A DNA stretch of 46,304 nt, taken from the NCBI GenBank assembly GCA_964616785.1, contig CAZTRR010000003.1, positions 1 to 46,304 of the forward strand. Reading direction: 5' to 3'. The number at the start of each line of letters is the position of its first letter. Positions within the stretch are counted from its first letter, which is position 1. A model generated the notes under the pieces. The model was not told the DNA's origin, made no database searches, and was given only the letters and a program-made list of their open reading frames with translations. The position numbers and the translations under genes were made by a program. The DNA is from an uncultured Dehalococcoidales bacterium. GTDB lineage: Bacteria; Chloroflexota; Dehalococcoidia; GIF9; UBA5629. Positions 35,755 through 46,304 of this stretch are shown here, piece by piece.

Positions 35755-36087
35755 ATGGTAAAGATAAGACTGAGACGGGTAGGTGCCAAGAACAGGCCGA
35801 TGTATCGAGTGGTGGTAGCTGATTCTCGGTCACCGCGTGACGGCGCTTTTATCGAGATTATCGGGCACTACAATCCGCTAACTGACCCGGAGGCCTTTGC
35901 GATAGATGAGGAGAAAGCGCTGGGATGGCTGAAGCGTGGGGCTCAGCCGACAGATACTGTAGCGAGGTTGCTATCTAAAGCAGGTATCACGGAGAAGCTT
36001 ACACCAAAGTCTGCAAAAAGGTCAAAGCCAGCAACACGGAAGACCACAGTGAAAACCAAATCAACTACTGAGGAGACTCCACAATGA
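35755..36087 (+). CDS. rpsP: 30S ribosomal protein S16 with a basic C-terminal extension
   Basis: [41 protein letters not shown]. Confidence 0.95.
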   Translation: MVKIRLRRVGAKNRPMYRVVVADSRSPRDGAFIEIIGHYNPLTDPEAFAIDEEKALGWLKRGAQPTDTVARLLSKAGITEKLTPKSAKRSKPATRKTTVKTKSTTEETPQ

Positions 36088-36311
36088 AAGACTTGATAGA
36101 ATATATTGCCAAAGCCATCGTGAGGGCACCGGACGAGGTAAAGGTTACTGAAGAGGCTGATGATGACCAGGTCGTAGTGAAACTGGAAGTTGCGGAAGAT
36201 GATAAGGGGAGAGTTATCGGTAGACAGGGCCGTGTTGCTGAGGCAATGCGGACCTTACTTCGCGTGACAGCTACTAAAGAAGGCGTTCGGGTTAGACTCG
36301 AAATAGTGTAA
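36084..36311 (+). CDS. KH-domain RNA-binding protein (YlqC/UPF0109)
   Basis: 75 aa. ATGA overlap with rpsP. Contains [19 protein letters not shown]. Confidence 0.9.
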   Translation: MKDLIEYIAKAIVRAPDEVKVTEEADDDQVVVKLEVAEDDKGRVIGRQGRVAEAMRTLLRVTATKEGVRVRLEIV

Positions 36312-36328
36312 GTGGGCTGGTAGGTAGC

Positions 36329-36362
36329 AAGAGGCCTGCAGCGTGATTGCTGCAGGCCTCTT
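36329..36362. terminator. Bidirectional hairpin between the convergent KH gene and atpC
   Basis: AAGAGGCCTGCAGC-GTGATT-GCTGCAGGCCTCTT, a perfect 14-bp stem. It is flanked by an outer imperfect pair, GGTAGGTAGC (36318-36327) and GCTACCTAGC (36381-36390). There is no clear U-tract. Confidence 0.6.
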
Positions 36363-36404
36363 CACTTTAGACAAAAGGCTGCTACCTAGCAAGTTAGGTC
36401 GTAG

Positions 36405-39096
<2,692 letters not shown>

Positions 39097-39106
39097 TAAA
39101 TGTTCC

Positions 39107-40627
39107 TCAGTAGGCTACGCTTTGCTTGAACTCCGTGATGGCTTTCTGCAAATCGGCTTCGGTCTCCGGCTTAATCGTTTCGTCGGCAGTGATGCTTTTT
39201 GCTATCTCGGGATGGTTAGTTTCCATAAAACGGTGGAAGTTCTGCTCAAAGTCAGCGACACTTGCTACCGGCACATCGTCCAAGAAGCCGTTGGTTACGG
39301 CATAGAGTATCATAATCTCCTTATCCAGTGGCATCGGCGCATGTTGGGGTTGTTTCAGTACCTCGGTGACACGCCGGCCAAGTTCCAGCTGAGCCCGAGT
39401 AGCTTTGTCTAAGTCGGAAGTGCCGAATTGGGCAAAGGTAGCCAGTTCACGGTATTGAGCCATGGTCAGCCTCAACTTGCCAGCCACTTGCCTCATTGCT
39501 CTGGTCTGGGCGTTGCCGCCAACGCGGGATACTGATAAGCCAGCATTGAGTGCTGGACGAACACCACTGTTAAACAGGTCTGTTTCGAGATAGATTTGCC
39601 CGTCAGTGATGGAGATAACATTCGTGGGAATGTAGGCGGCCAAATCACCGGCTTGCACTTCAATAATCGGCAGGGCGGTAAGAGAGCCACCGCCTTTTTC
39701 ATCCGACAACTTGGCAGCACGTTCCAGTAGGCGGCTGTGAAGGTAGAAGACATCACCCGGGTAGGCTTCTCGGCCTGGGGGACGTCGGAGTATCAAGGAT
39801 ATCTGCCGGTACGCCCAGGCATGCTTGGTCAAGTCATCATAGACAACTAGGGCATCCTGCCCCTGTTCCATGAATTCTTCGCCAACAGCACAACCGGAGT
39901 AAGGAGCCAGATATTGCAGTGGCGCCGGGTCTGAAGCATTGGCAACGACGACTACCGTGTGTTCCATAGCTCCATACTTCTTGAAGGTATCAATCACTTG
40001 CGCTACCTTTGACGTTTTCTGTCCAATTGCAACATATATGCAGATGAGGTCACCGCCCTTCTGACTGATGATGGTATCTATGGCGATAGCCGATTTGCCA
40101 ATAGACCGGTCACCAATTATCAATTCCCGCTGTCCACGGCCTATCGGAATAAGGCTGTCCACCGTTTTTATTCCAGTATGTACCGGAGTCTTGACAGGTT
40201 GCCTGTCCACAACGTTTGGTGCAACACGCTCAACAGGTCTGGTTCTTGTCGTTTTAATCGGCCCGAGACCGTCCAGCGGTTCGCCGATAGGACTGATCAC
40301 ACGTCCTATGAGCTCTGCGCCGACGGGTACTTCAACCACGCGGCCTGTACAATGAACTTCGTCTCCTTCTCTTATGTGACTGTAGTCGCCAAGGACAACT
40401 GCCGCAACATTGTCTTCTTCTAAATTCAGGGCCAGTCCCATAATGCCGTTGGGGAACGCAAGCAATTCACTATACTTGGCGCCTCGTAGTCCGTGAATTC
40501 GGGCGACGCCGTCTCCCACCTCGACCACTGTTCCTATGTCTACCATGGTCACGGTAGTGCCGAAGTGCTCAATTTGTTCCTTAATTACTGAGACTATATC
40601 TCGTCTCCCGGTTGTCATATCACTCAC
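39107..40627 (-). CDS. atpA: F1 ATP synthase alpha subunit
   Basis: [16 protein letters not shown], Walker [10 protein letters not shown], and [16 protein letters not shown]. Confidence 0.97.
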   Translation of the reverse strand: MSDMTTGRRDIVSVIKEQIEHFGTTVTMVDIGTVVEVGDGVARIHGLRGAKYSELLAFPNGIMGLALNLEEDNVAAVVLGDYSHIREGDEVHCTGRVVEVPVGAELIGRVISPIGEPLDGLGPIKTTRTRPVERVAPNVVDRQPVKTPVHTGIKTVDSLIPIGRGQRELIIGDRSIGKSAIAIDTIISQKGGDLICIYVAIGQKTSKVAQVIDTFKKYGAMEHTVVVVANASDPAPLQYLAPYSGCAVGEEFMEQGQDALVVYDDLTKHAWAYRQISLILRRPPGREAYPGDVFYLHSRLLERAAKLSDEKGGGSLTALPIIEVQAGDLAAYIPTNVISITDGQIYLETDLFNSGVRPALNAGLSVSRVGGNAQTRAMRQVAGKLRLTMAQYRELATFAQFGTSDLDKATRAQLELGRRVTEVLKQPQHAPMPLDKEIMILYAVTNGFLDDVPVASVADFEQNFHRFMETNHPEIAKSITADETIKPETEADLQKAITEFKQSVAY

Positions 40628-41181
40628 CCCCTTGCAGGACCTGATGTTTTGGTTTCAACTAGGCTTCTCTTCAGCGCACCCAATTTGCTGCGCACGCTGC
40701 CGTCAATAAGTTTCCCGTCGATCCTTACAACCATACCACCCAGGATCGTGGGGTCAACGTGAAGGTTAACGACTACTTTCTTTCCCACCATGGCTTGAAG
40801 CCTACCTTCAAGCTTTCCCTTATCACCAGCTTCAGTAGGTATGGCTGTGGTAACATCCGCGTGTTTGATACCGCGGGAATCATCTAGCAAGCGATCGTAT
40901 TCATCAGCGATCTGCTCCGCGCTTCTAAACCTGCCCTTGGCGATCAGCAGGTAACAGAAGTTCAGGGCGAGCTGATTCATTCTACCCAGTTTTTCTTTAG
41001 CAAGCTTAGCTTTCAGGTCAAATGATAGTCTCGGGTTTTCCAACAAGTCGGTAACCTCCGGGTCTTTCATCAACTCGGCAACCCTTCTAGTATCAGACCT
41101 CCACTCGTCTAACCTGTTTTTCTCACGAGCAATTTCAAATGCGGCCTGAGCATAACGTTTTGCAGAAGTTGAAGTCGTCAT
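40624..41181 (-). CDS. atpH: F1 ATP synthase delta (OSCP) subunit
   Basis: [12 protein letters not shown] at the N-terminus and [20 protein letters not shown] at the C-terminus. Confidence 0.9.
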   Translation of the reverse strand: MTTSTSAKRYAQAAFEIAREKNRLDEWRSDTRRVAELMKDPEVTDLLENPRLSFDLKAKLAKEKLGRMNQLALNFCYLLIAKGRFRSAEQIADEYDRLLDDSRGIKHADVTTAIPTEAGDKGKLEGRLQAMVGKKVVVNLHVDPTILGGMVVRIDGKLIDGSVRSKLGALKRSLVETKTSGPARG

Positions 41182-41195
41182 GTTAGATTAGCCTT

Positions 41196-41696
41196 CTAAT
41201 TTCGCTTGAACGTTGTACTTTCGTCTAGCACTTCATCAATGAGTTTGCGGTGTTTCTTACTGTCCAGGCTTTCTTTTATGACCTTTTCCGCGGCAAGTAC
41301 GGCTATATCTGCGAAATCCGCACGCAGGTCATCAATAGCCTTGTCCCGTTCCAGTTCTATTTCAGTTCGAGCTTTGCCAATCAAGGCCTCGGCTTCTTTA
41401 CGTGCCGTTTCCGCGGCCTCTTCTCTGAGCTTCTCCCCTATTTGTGCTGCCTGGGCTACTATCGTCTGGCCCTCTTTGCGGGCAGTCTCCAAGGCGGCTT
41501 GTATTTGCTCTTCACTGCGTGCCGCCTGCTCCTTGATCTGTTCAGCTTGTTCCATGCTTTCTTTTATCCTGGCTTGCCGCTCATCAAGCATCTTAAGCAC
41601 GGGTTTGTACAAGACTACGCTCAGCAGTGCAAAGAGAATTATGAAGTTAATGACGAATGTCACTAACAGCGGTAGATTAATTCCAAGACCTTCCAT
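41196..41696 (-). CDS. atpF: Fo ATP synthase b subunit
   Basis: N-terminal TM helix, then LYKPVLKMLDERQARI and a long Ala/Glu/Lys helix. Confidence 0.9.
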   Translation of the reverse strand: MEGLGINLPLLVTFVINFIILFALLSVVLYKPVLKMLDERQARIKESMEQAEQIKEQAARSEEQIQAALETARKEGQTIVAQAAQIGEKLREEAAETARKEAEALIGKARTEIELERDKAIDDLRADFADIAVLAAEKVIKESLDSKKHRKLIDEVLDESTTFKRN

Positions 41697-41751
41697 GCTA
41701 CTCCATTAGTGTCGTTGTATTTGACTTTCAGCCTATCGCTGGCAGCACAAG

Positions 41752-41859
41752 TCAACCAGCAATGAACGCAGTGACGAAAAGCCCGGCGAATACAAATAAG
41801 CCAATTATCACTACCTCACCACTAATGCCGAATGAAACTGGCAAATCACCATCGTTCAT
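41752..41859 (-). CDS. Candidate 35-aa single-TM micro-protein between atpE and atpF (below the ORF-track size cut-off)
   Basis: GGGAGGAAT SD, with GGAGG 8 nt before ATG 41857-41859. It translates as MNDGDLPVSFGISGEVVIIGLFVFAGLFVTAFIAG, ending at TGA 41752-41754. It sits within an otherwise unexplained 189-nt gap in a tightly packed operon. Confidence 0.35.
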   Translation of the reverse strand: MNDGDLPVSFGISGEVVIIGLFVFAGLFVTAFIAG

Positions 41860-41885
41860 AGGTCATTCCTCCCTTGCGGTGGAAT

Positions 41886-42116
41886 CTATACTACTATGGC
41901 TAGAATTATTGCCGTTATCAGCGCGTAGATTCCGATAGCTTCGGCTAGAGCACCGATCAGGATCATGTTGGTCAAGATTGGCCCCCTGGCTTCAGGGTTA
42001 CGCCCCAAGGCTTGCATAGCACCGTAGCCAATTAAGCCTAAGGCTAGTCCTGGCCCGAGGAATCCCAACCCTGCAGTGAGTCCCACTGCCAGCATCTTCA
42101 TTGCTTCTACTTCCAT
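41886..42116 (-). CDS. atpE: Fo ATP synthase c subunit
   Basis: AAGGAGGAG SD. GRNPEA loop and ion-binding Glu in GALAEAIGIYAL. Confidence 0.93.
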   Translation of the reverse strand: MEVEAMKMLAVGLTAGLGFLGPGLALGLIGYGAMQALGRNPEARGPILTNMILIGALAEAIGIYALITAIILAIVV

Positions 42117-42133
42117 TTGCCATTCTCCTCCTT

Positions 42134-43096
42134 TCAGTTATGTTCCTCCTCAGCGTGGGGAGTTAACGCGACAATGCCGAATACCAAGGTCAGCCCAGCA
42201 AAGATGAGGGCCTGGATAAACCCGATAAGCAGTTCCAAGCCGTAGAACGGGATGGTGGCTATGAAGGGGACCAAAAAACAGACAACCAGCAGCAGTATCT
42301 CACCAGCTGTCATGTTGCCAAAGAGACGAAAGGTGAAGCTAATGATTCGTATGAAATGGCTGAATATTTCCAAGACACCTACAAATAGATTGATGAAGCC
42401 AAACATGATTCCCATGACGGCAGGTCGAATCTTCCCCTTGAACAAACTCGCGACACCATCACGTAGTTGGCCAACATTGAAAAAGGTGTTTAGATAGCGC
42501 CGAAAGCCTACTGAGCGTAGCCCCCAATATTCAACGGAGACAAATGACATTACGGCGATAGACAGAGGTACGTTGACATCAGTACCCGCCGCCCTAAGTA
42601 GGGGCACAAAGGTACCGCCATTTTCGGTGACACCTATGGTGCCATAGACAGGCAAAAGAGCCAGATATGCATTGGCCAAAACATAGAGAAAGATAGTGGC
42701 GACCATCGGGAAAAGAATGCGAGCGTGTTCTCTTCCCGCTGCACCTTCAATGAAATTGAGCAGCGTCTCTACGACCATTTCGGCCAGGCTCTGGAGCCTG
42801 CCTGGAATGAATTTCATTCTACGGGTGCAGGCAAAAAAGAGGCCAACTAATACGACCATGGTAAGCCAGGAAGCAATGAGAGTATTGGTGATGGCAAAGC
42901 CACTAACGTGGAGTACCCCTTCCGAGGGAAGCTTGACATGCGGTTTGGTGACGTTGAGAATGCTGGGGGTTTCAATACCTAGTATGCTGGAGCCCAATGG
43001 ACCCACCATTATCCCAGTGAGGAAGAGAGCTAGAAGGACAATACCTACCCAGACCATCAGACTAGTGGAGCAGCCACAGCCCATCTTGTTAGGCAT
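42134..43096 (-). CDS. atpB: Fo ATP synthase a subunit (with N-terminal extension)
   Basis: ISFTFRLFGNMTAGEILL contains the essential Arg. Polytopic protein of 320 aa. Confidence 0.93.
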   Translation of the reverse strand: MPNKMGCGCSTSLMVWVGIVLLALFLTGIMVGPLGSSILGIETPSILNVTKPHVKLPSEGVLHVSGFAITNTLIASWLTMVVLVGLFFACTRRMKFIPGRLQSLAEMVVETLLNFIEGAAGREHARILFPMVATIFLYVLANAYLALLPVYGTIGVTENGGTFVPLLRAAGTDVNVPLSIAVMSFVSVEYWGLRSVGFRRYLNTFFNVGQLRDGVASLFKGKIRPAVMGIMFGFINLFVGVLEIFSHFIRIISFTFRLFGNMTAGEILLLVVCFLVPFIATIPFYGLELLIGFIQALIFAGLTLVFGIVALTPHAEEEHN

Positions 43097-43398
43097 TACT
43101 CCGGTTCCGTGTCCTTCATTTGCCCTTTTTGCTCAGAGTAGAACTGGCGTAGCATACGGTAAAGACCGTAAAAGGCAGCTACTGTTCCCAAACCGAATCC
43201 AACGAGGGTCAGCAACGGATGGCTGTCGAACTGTTCCGGGCGATCAAGCCAAAAACCAATCACGGTCGGTATGATAAGGCTCAAAGCTACGTACCAGCCG
43301 ACTGTAAGAAGAAACCAGAGGGGCCGCATCCATTGCCTGGATGTTGGTTTGTTGGGTTTAACCGGTTGCACTATACCGTGCGTTTCCTTTTGAACCAA
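43096..43398 (-). CDS. AtpZ/AtpI-like small membrane protein preceding atpB
   Basis: Two TM helices (LLTVGWYVALSLIIPTVIGFWLD ... LLTLVGFGLGTVAAFYGLYRML). TAATG overlap with atpB. The start is uncertain: TTG 43398 or ATG 43329. Confidence 0.6.
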   Translation of the reverse strand: MVQKETHGIVQPVKPNKPTSRQWMRPLWFLLTVGWYVALSLIIPTVIGFWLDRPEQFDSHPLLTLVGFGLGTVAAFYGLYRMLRQFYSEQKGQMKDTEPE

Positions 43399-43503
43399 GA
43401 TGACGTGCTAGCCCGATTAACCTTCTTCTCCGAGAAACGAATCCCCAAACGACGGTATTCTTAAGCTAGCTGCTCATACACAGAAATCCTGTGTCTCGCC
43501 ATC

Positions 43504-43830
43504 TCACTTCTGGCTGAAGAGCGTAGCGAAATCTCCGTCAAAATCCCGGAGGAAGCTGTGTAAATCTAGGATGTCGTCGCCGCTGATTGCACTGGTTTTG
43601 GCAGAGTCAGTTACCTCCGTTTCGGTAAGGTCAGTGATAGCCTTCAAGGATTTGCCTTCCTTGATAGTAGCAGCAACCAAAGCCCGACTCTGGCAAGCCG
43701 AGCAGGCCACATTTAGAAACCATACGTCGTCTCGGTACCCCAAGACTTTGATGTTGGTCGCCTCGTAGCGCTCTCCACAAACACCGCACTTGATCGTGGA
43801 CATCAACTTCCTGATAAACCGTTCATTCAT
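43504..43830 (-). CDS. Hypothetical zinc-ribbon protein
   Basis: 108 aa with CGVCGERY...CSACQ (CxxC-x27-CxxC) and an acidic C-terminus. Confidence 0.6.
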   Translation of the reverse strand: MNERFIRKLMSTIKCGVCGERYEATNIKVLGYRDDVWFLNVACSACQSRALVAATIKEGKSLKAITDLTETEVTDSAKTSAISGDDILDLHSFLRDFDGDFATLFSQK

Positions 43831-43854
43831 CGTTCACAATTCTCGTGTGCTTGG

Positions 43855-44400
43855 TCAGGACTTGTGCTTGCCGAGATCGTCCAAGTCAAGGGTGTTAATG
43901 AAGTCATAGAAAGCCGAGAGCTTCTTCAATTCCTGCTCATCAACTTTGCCTTTTGGCGATGTAGTATCCGTGTCTGCAGGGATAGGTTTCCCCGTTTCTC
44001 GGTCGAGTATGATGCCAGCCTTATCCAAGACCGATTCCTCAACATAGATAGGCGCTGTTACTCTTACTGCCAAGGCAATCGCGTCGCTGGGACGGGAGTC
44101 GATTTCCAGTTGCTTGCCATTGGTGCTGAGGACTATCTTGGCATAGAAGGTATCGTTGTGGAGATCATTGACCACGATAAGGTTGACCGCAGCTCCCAGG
44201 GTGTCAATTACAGAGTTCAACAAGTCATGAGTCAAGGGGCGAGCCATGTCCATATTCTGCAATTTCACTGAGATGGCGTCCGCCTCTGCCGGGCCAATCC
44301 ATATAGGTAGATAGCGGTCTGATTCCTTCTCTTTCAGAATCACCACATGCTGATAATTGACCATGCTCACGCGAATGCTATCAATCGTCATCTCTATCAT
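43855..44400 (-). CDS. Bifunctional nuclease family (BFN/DUF151) protein
   Basis: YQHVVILKEKESDRYLPIWIGPAEADAISVKL....RPLTHDLL....DTFYAKIVL...IDSRPSDAIALAVR. Confidence 0.85.
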   Translation of the reverse strand: MIEMTIDSIRVSMVNYQHVVILKEKESDRYLPIWIGPAEADAISVKLQNMDMARPLTHDLLNSVIDTLGAAVNLIVVNDLHNDTFYAKIVLSTNGKQLEIDSRPSDAIALAVRVTAPIYVEESVLDKAGIILDRETGKPIPADTDTTSPKGKVDEQELKKLSAFYDFINTLDLDDLGKHKS

Positions 44401-44707
44401 GACTGTCCCTCCATACTCGTCACCGCGAAAGTCATTCTACCCTATCAACCTTTGACTGTCAATTCGCTCTTGGGATGCACGCCGCAATCAGGTCCGTCAT
44501 GGTTCTTGCAGTCTTCTCCGCTTCTGTTGGGTTGATTGCCGTATTGCCATATTATTGTCAACTTGACTTGGACTAGCATGTATGTTTCGTATTGGCACAG
44601 GCGCTTAATCACCGGCGAATGCTCATGCCTGGCCACGAGGGCCACGGCTGCGACGGCCAACGCACCCACTAGATATGGCACGCTCGCGCTGGCAAGAAGT
44701 CTGAACG

Positions 44708-44716
44708 TGCTATAAT
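44708..44716 (+). promoter_or_regulatory. Extended -10 element (TGcTATAAT), a candidate dtd promoter giving a leader of about 100 nt
   Basis: TG at 44708-44709 and TATAAT at 44711-44716. The -35 is weak (CTGGCA/GCTGGC). Confidence 0.4.
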
Positions 44717-44822
44717 GATCGATAGGGAAGGGATGCAATTTGAGCAGCCTCAGGCTTTCGGTCAACGATGACATTGAGATGGAGCAGGATGGCGCTCATC
44801 ATATTATGGAGACGCAGGTATT

Positions 44823-45284
44823 GTGAAAGCCTTACTGCAGCGAGTCACCCGAGCATCGGTAAGTGTAGGTGGCGAAGTGGTAGGCAAAATCGGTCGAGGT
44901 TTGGTTGTCTTGATTGGTGTGGCTCAGGGAGATACGGAGAGAGACGCTGACTACCTGGCCGACAAAATAGTCAATCTTCGTATCTTCTCTGACGAAGCCA
45001 GCAAATTCAATCTCTCGGCGCTGGAAACCAAAGGCGAGCTCTTAATCATTAGCCAGTTTACTCTTCTGGCTGATGCGCGAAAGGGGCGGCGCCCCAGCTT
45101 TGCAGGTGCGGCACCCCCAGAGCAGGCCGAGGTTTTGTTTAATCTCTTTGCCGGCCGAGTGCGTGACAGCGGGCTTAATGTGGAGACAGGCCGTTTCCAA
45201 CAACACATGTTGGTCGAAATCCACAACGACGGGCCGGTTACCATTGCGCTGGATAGCAAGGACAAAGCTGAGAAACTCAACTAG
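44823..45284 (+). CDS. dtd: D-aminoacyl-tRNA deacylase
   Basis: GTG start. MKALLQRVTRASVSV at the N-terminus, plus SQFTLLAD and NDGPVTI motifs. Confidence 0.92.
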   Translation: MKALLQRVTRASVSVGGEVVGKIGRGLVVLIGVAQGDTERDADYLADKIVNLRIFSDEASKFNLSALETKGELLIISQFTLLADARKGRRPSFAGAAPPEQAEVLFNLFAGRVRDSGLNVETGRFQQHMLVEIHNDGPVTIALDSKDKAEKLN

Positions 45285-45311
45285 TTGCATTCGCAACCAG
45301 TTGCAATTGCA
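45278..45311. promoter_or_regulatory. Pair of palindromic operator-like sites overlapping the Fur-family gene promoter
   Basis: CAACTAGTTGCA (45278-45289), CAACCAGTTGCA (45294-45305) and TGCAATTGCA (45302-45311). The second site overlaps a candidate -35, TTGCAA (45301-45306). Confidence 0.5.
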
Positions 45312-45329
45312 CCTGGGTTGTGTTATCCT
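45301..45329 (+). promoter_or_regulatory. Candidate promoter for the Fur-family gene (near-leaderless)
   Basis: TTGCAA, 17-nt spacer, TATCCT (45324-45329), then 9 nt to ATG 45339. Confidence 0.4.
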
Positions 45330-45338
45330 CTATTCAGG

Positions 45339-45749
45339 ATGAGCTGCACTGAGGCGCTTCGAGAAGAGGGCTATCGGTTAACGCCACAGAGAATGATGGT
45401 CATTGAGGCTCTTCACAGTGGTGACGAGCATATCAGTGCTGAGGAGATCTATGTCCAGGTTTGCGCCAAGTATCGCTATGCCAATATTTCCACGGTTTAC
45501 CGGACGCTGGAGTTGCTGAAGGAACTTGGCCTGGTTACTGAAATCGCCTTGGGTGACGGACGTGTCCGATATCACCCTGCCGAAAAGGGACATCATCATC
45601 ACCTTGTGTGCCACAAATGCGGCAGGATAATCGATTTGCCTGAGTCTGCACTAGCTCCATTGGAAGATAGCATACTTCGTGATTACCAATTTAAGGCCGA
45701 CTTGAAACATCTGGCTGTTTTCGGCCTTTGTGCTCCTTGCCAGAAATAA
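45339..45749 (+). CDS. Fur-family metalloregulator (Fur/Zur/PerR class not resolved)
   Basis: YRLTPQRMMVIEAL, STVYRTLELL, HHHHLVCHKCG and a C-terminal CAPC. I set the start at ATG 45339. The ORF-track TTG at 45285 directly abuts the dtd stop. Confidence 0.85.
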   Translation: MSCTEALREEGYRLTPQRMMVIEALHSGDEHISAEEIYVQVCAKYRYANISTVYRTLELLKELGLVTEIALGDGRVRYHPAEKGHHHHLVCHKCGRIIDLPESALAPLEDSILRDYQFKADLKHLAVFGLCAPCQK

Positions 45750-45822
45750 CTTGCAGGAGGTGTAATGGACTGATGTATGTGTAGGTAGGTGACCGTGGTG
45801 GCTTTTTATTTTTGCCTTGTAC

Positions 45823-45849
45823 TGCAACTAGTTGCAGGTGCAACGAGTT
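45823..45849. promoter_or_regulatory. Perfect 14-bp palindrome plus an adjacent partial repeat upstream of the lipoprotein gene
   Basis: TGCAACTAGTTGCA (45823-45836), followed by TGCAACGAGTT (45839-45849). The 12-mer CAACTAGTTGCA is identical to 45278-45289. Confidence 0.55.
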
Positions 45850-45915
45850 CCGACCAACTGGGAGAAGAGTGGATTTGATGAGAGGAAACTCAAGACTTTT
45901 TGTGGGAGGATTTCA

Positions 45916-46304
45916 ATGAGAAAACCAATGCTTGTTCTAGCCATGACTGGATTGTTCGCTGCCGGTATCATGCTCGTGGGTTGTGCTGGGGGCAAGGGAG
46001 CGACGGGAACGCTTCAGTTTTACGCCAACGGTGAGGATTTCGTCCGTGAGGGCTTTGTTTCCAAGGACGGCTGGAGCATCAACTTTGACCACGTGTACAT
46101 TAGTCTGGCTGATGTCACTGCCTATCAGACTGATCCGCCGTATGACCCCCACTCGGGTGCTGACGTTAAAGGTAAGGTCAAAGTCAGTCTTCCCAAAACT
46201 TATACCGTAGACCTGGCGAAGGGTGGCGAAAACGCTCCACCTATCCTCTTGGATGAAGTGAAAAACGCTGCCGCGGGCCACTATAATGCCATCTCCTGGA
46301 AAAT
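45916..46304 (+). CDS. Lipoprotein of unknown function (3' end outside the window)
   Basis: It is not in the ORF track because it runs off the window. GGGAGGA SD (45904-45910) precedes the ATG at 45916. Sequence is MRKPMLVLAMTGLFAAGIMLVGCAGG (lipobox), and the frame stays open to nt 46304. Confidence 0.7.
   Translation, partial: MRKPMLVLAMTGLFAAGIMLVGCAGGKGATGTLQFYANGEDFVREGFVSKDGWSINFDHVYISLADVTAYQTDPPYDPHSGADVKGKVKVSLPKTYTVDLAKGGENAPPILLDEVKNAAAGHYNAISWK

Noticed and set aside
41206-41709. 167-aa plus-strand Ser/Ala/Leu-rich ORF
   Set aside because: It is antisense to atpF. The complementary codons of the Glu/Ala/Lys helix generate an open frame.
44445-44774. 109-aa minus-strand ORF in the BFN/dtd spacer
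   Set aside because: It has no SD and no recognisable motif, and it overlaps the candidate dtd promoter. I treat the region as non-coding.
45760-45815. Possible intrinsic terminator after the Fur-family gene (T-rich CTTTTTATTTTTG)
   Set aside because: I could not find a convincing GC-rich stem immediately upstream of the T-tract.
45937-46281. 114-aa minus-strand ORF at the right edge
   Set aside because: It is antisense to the plus-strand lipoprotein gene, which has a GGGAGGA SD and a clean lipobox. The minus ORF has neither.

Overview
This 46.3-kb window looks like ordinary bacterial chromosome with moderate GC (by eye). It holds about 50 protein-coding genes. I recognised no rRNA, tRNA, CRISPR array, transposase or integrase. 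Most of it is core housekeeping: uvrA, secD-secF, a complete F1Fo ATP synthase operon (AtpZ-like, atpB-E-F-H-A-G-D-C), prfB with its programmed +1 frameshift, rpsP plus a KH protein, nfi, dtd, a CCA-adding enzyme, radC, DegV, an HDAC-family deacetylase, an AI-2E permease and an orphan peptide-type ABC binding protein. A signalling neighbourhood flanks uvrA: an HD-GYP protein whose HD dyad reads KD, and a multi-PAS histidine kinase / CheY-like receiver / REC-GGDEF operon. The items most worth a second look are: (1) a self-contained, translationally coupled three-gene unit of NurA-like nuclease, an unassigned 196-aa protein whose N-terminus resembles a HerA HAS-barrel, and a HerA/FtsK-type ATPase (26055-29472), with no mre11/rad50 nearby; (2) a zinc-ribbon protein whose N-terminus carries the FliM-type CheY-P docking motif SQAEIDALL, coupled to the HD-GYP gene in a window with no flagellar genes; (3) a sixA / PAC2 / PAC2 operon (two paralogous proteasome-assembly-chaperone-like genes); (4) a D-aminoacylase-like gene that has lost its whole catalytic barrel in frame; (5) a Fur-family regulator flanked on both sides by the palindrome TGCAAC-TA-GTTGCA; (6) families of REP-like hairpin repeats in several intergenic regions; (7) three near-consensus promoters placed so close to the ATG that the mRNAs would be leaderless; (8) an unlisted 35-codon membrane ORF inside the atp operon. 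Gene content and repeat style suggest a Chloroflexota-like organism, but that is only a guess. All family assignments come from motifs read by eye in the translations; no database search was possible.
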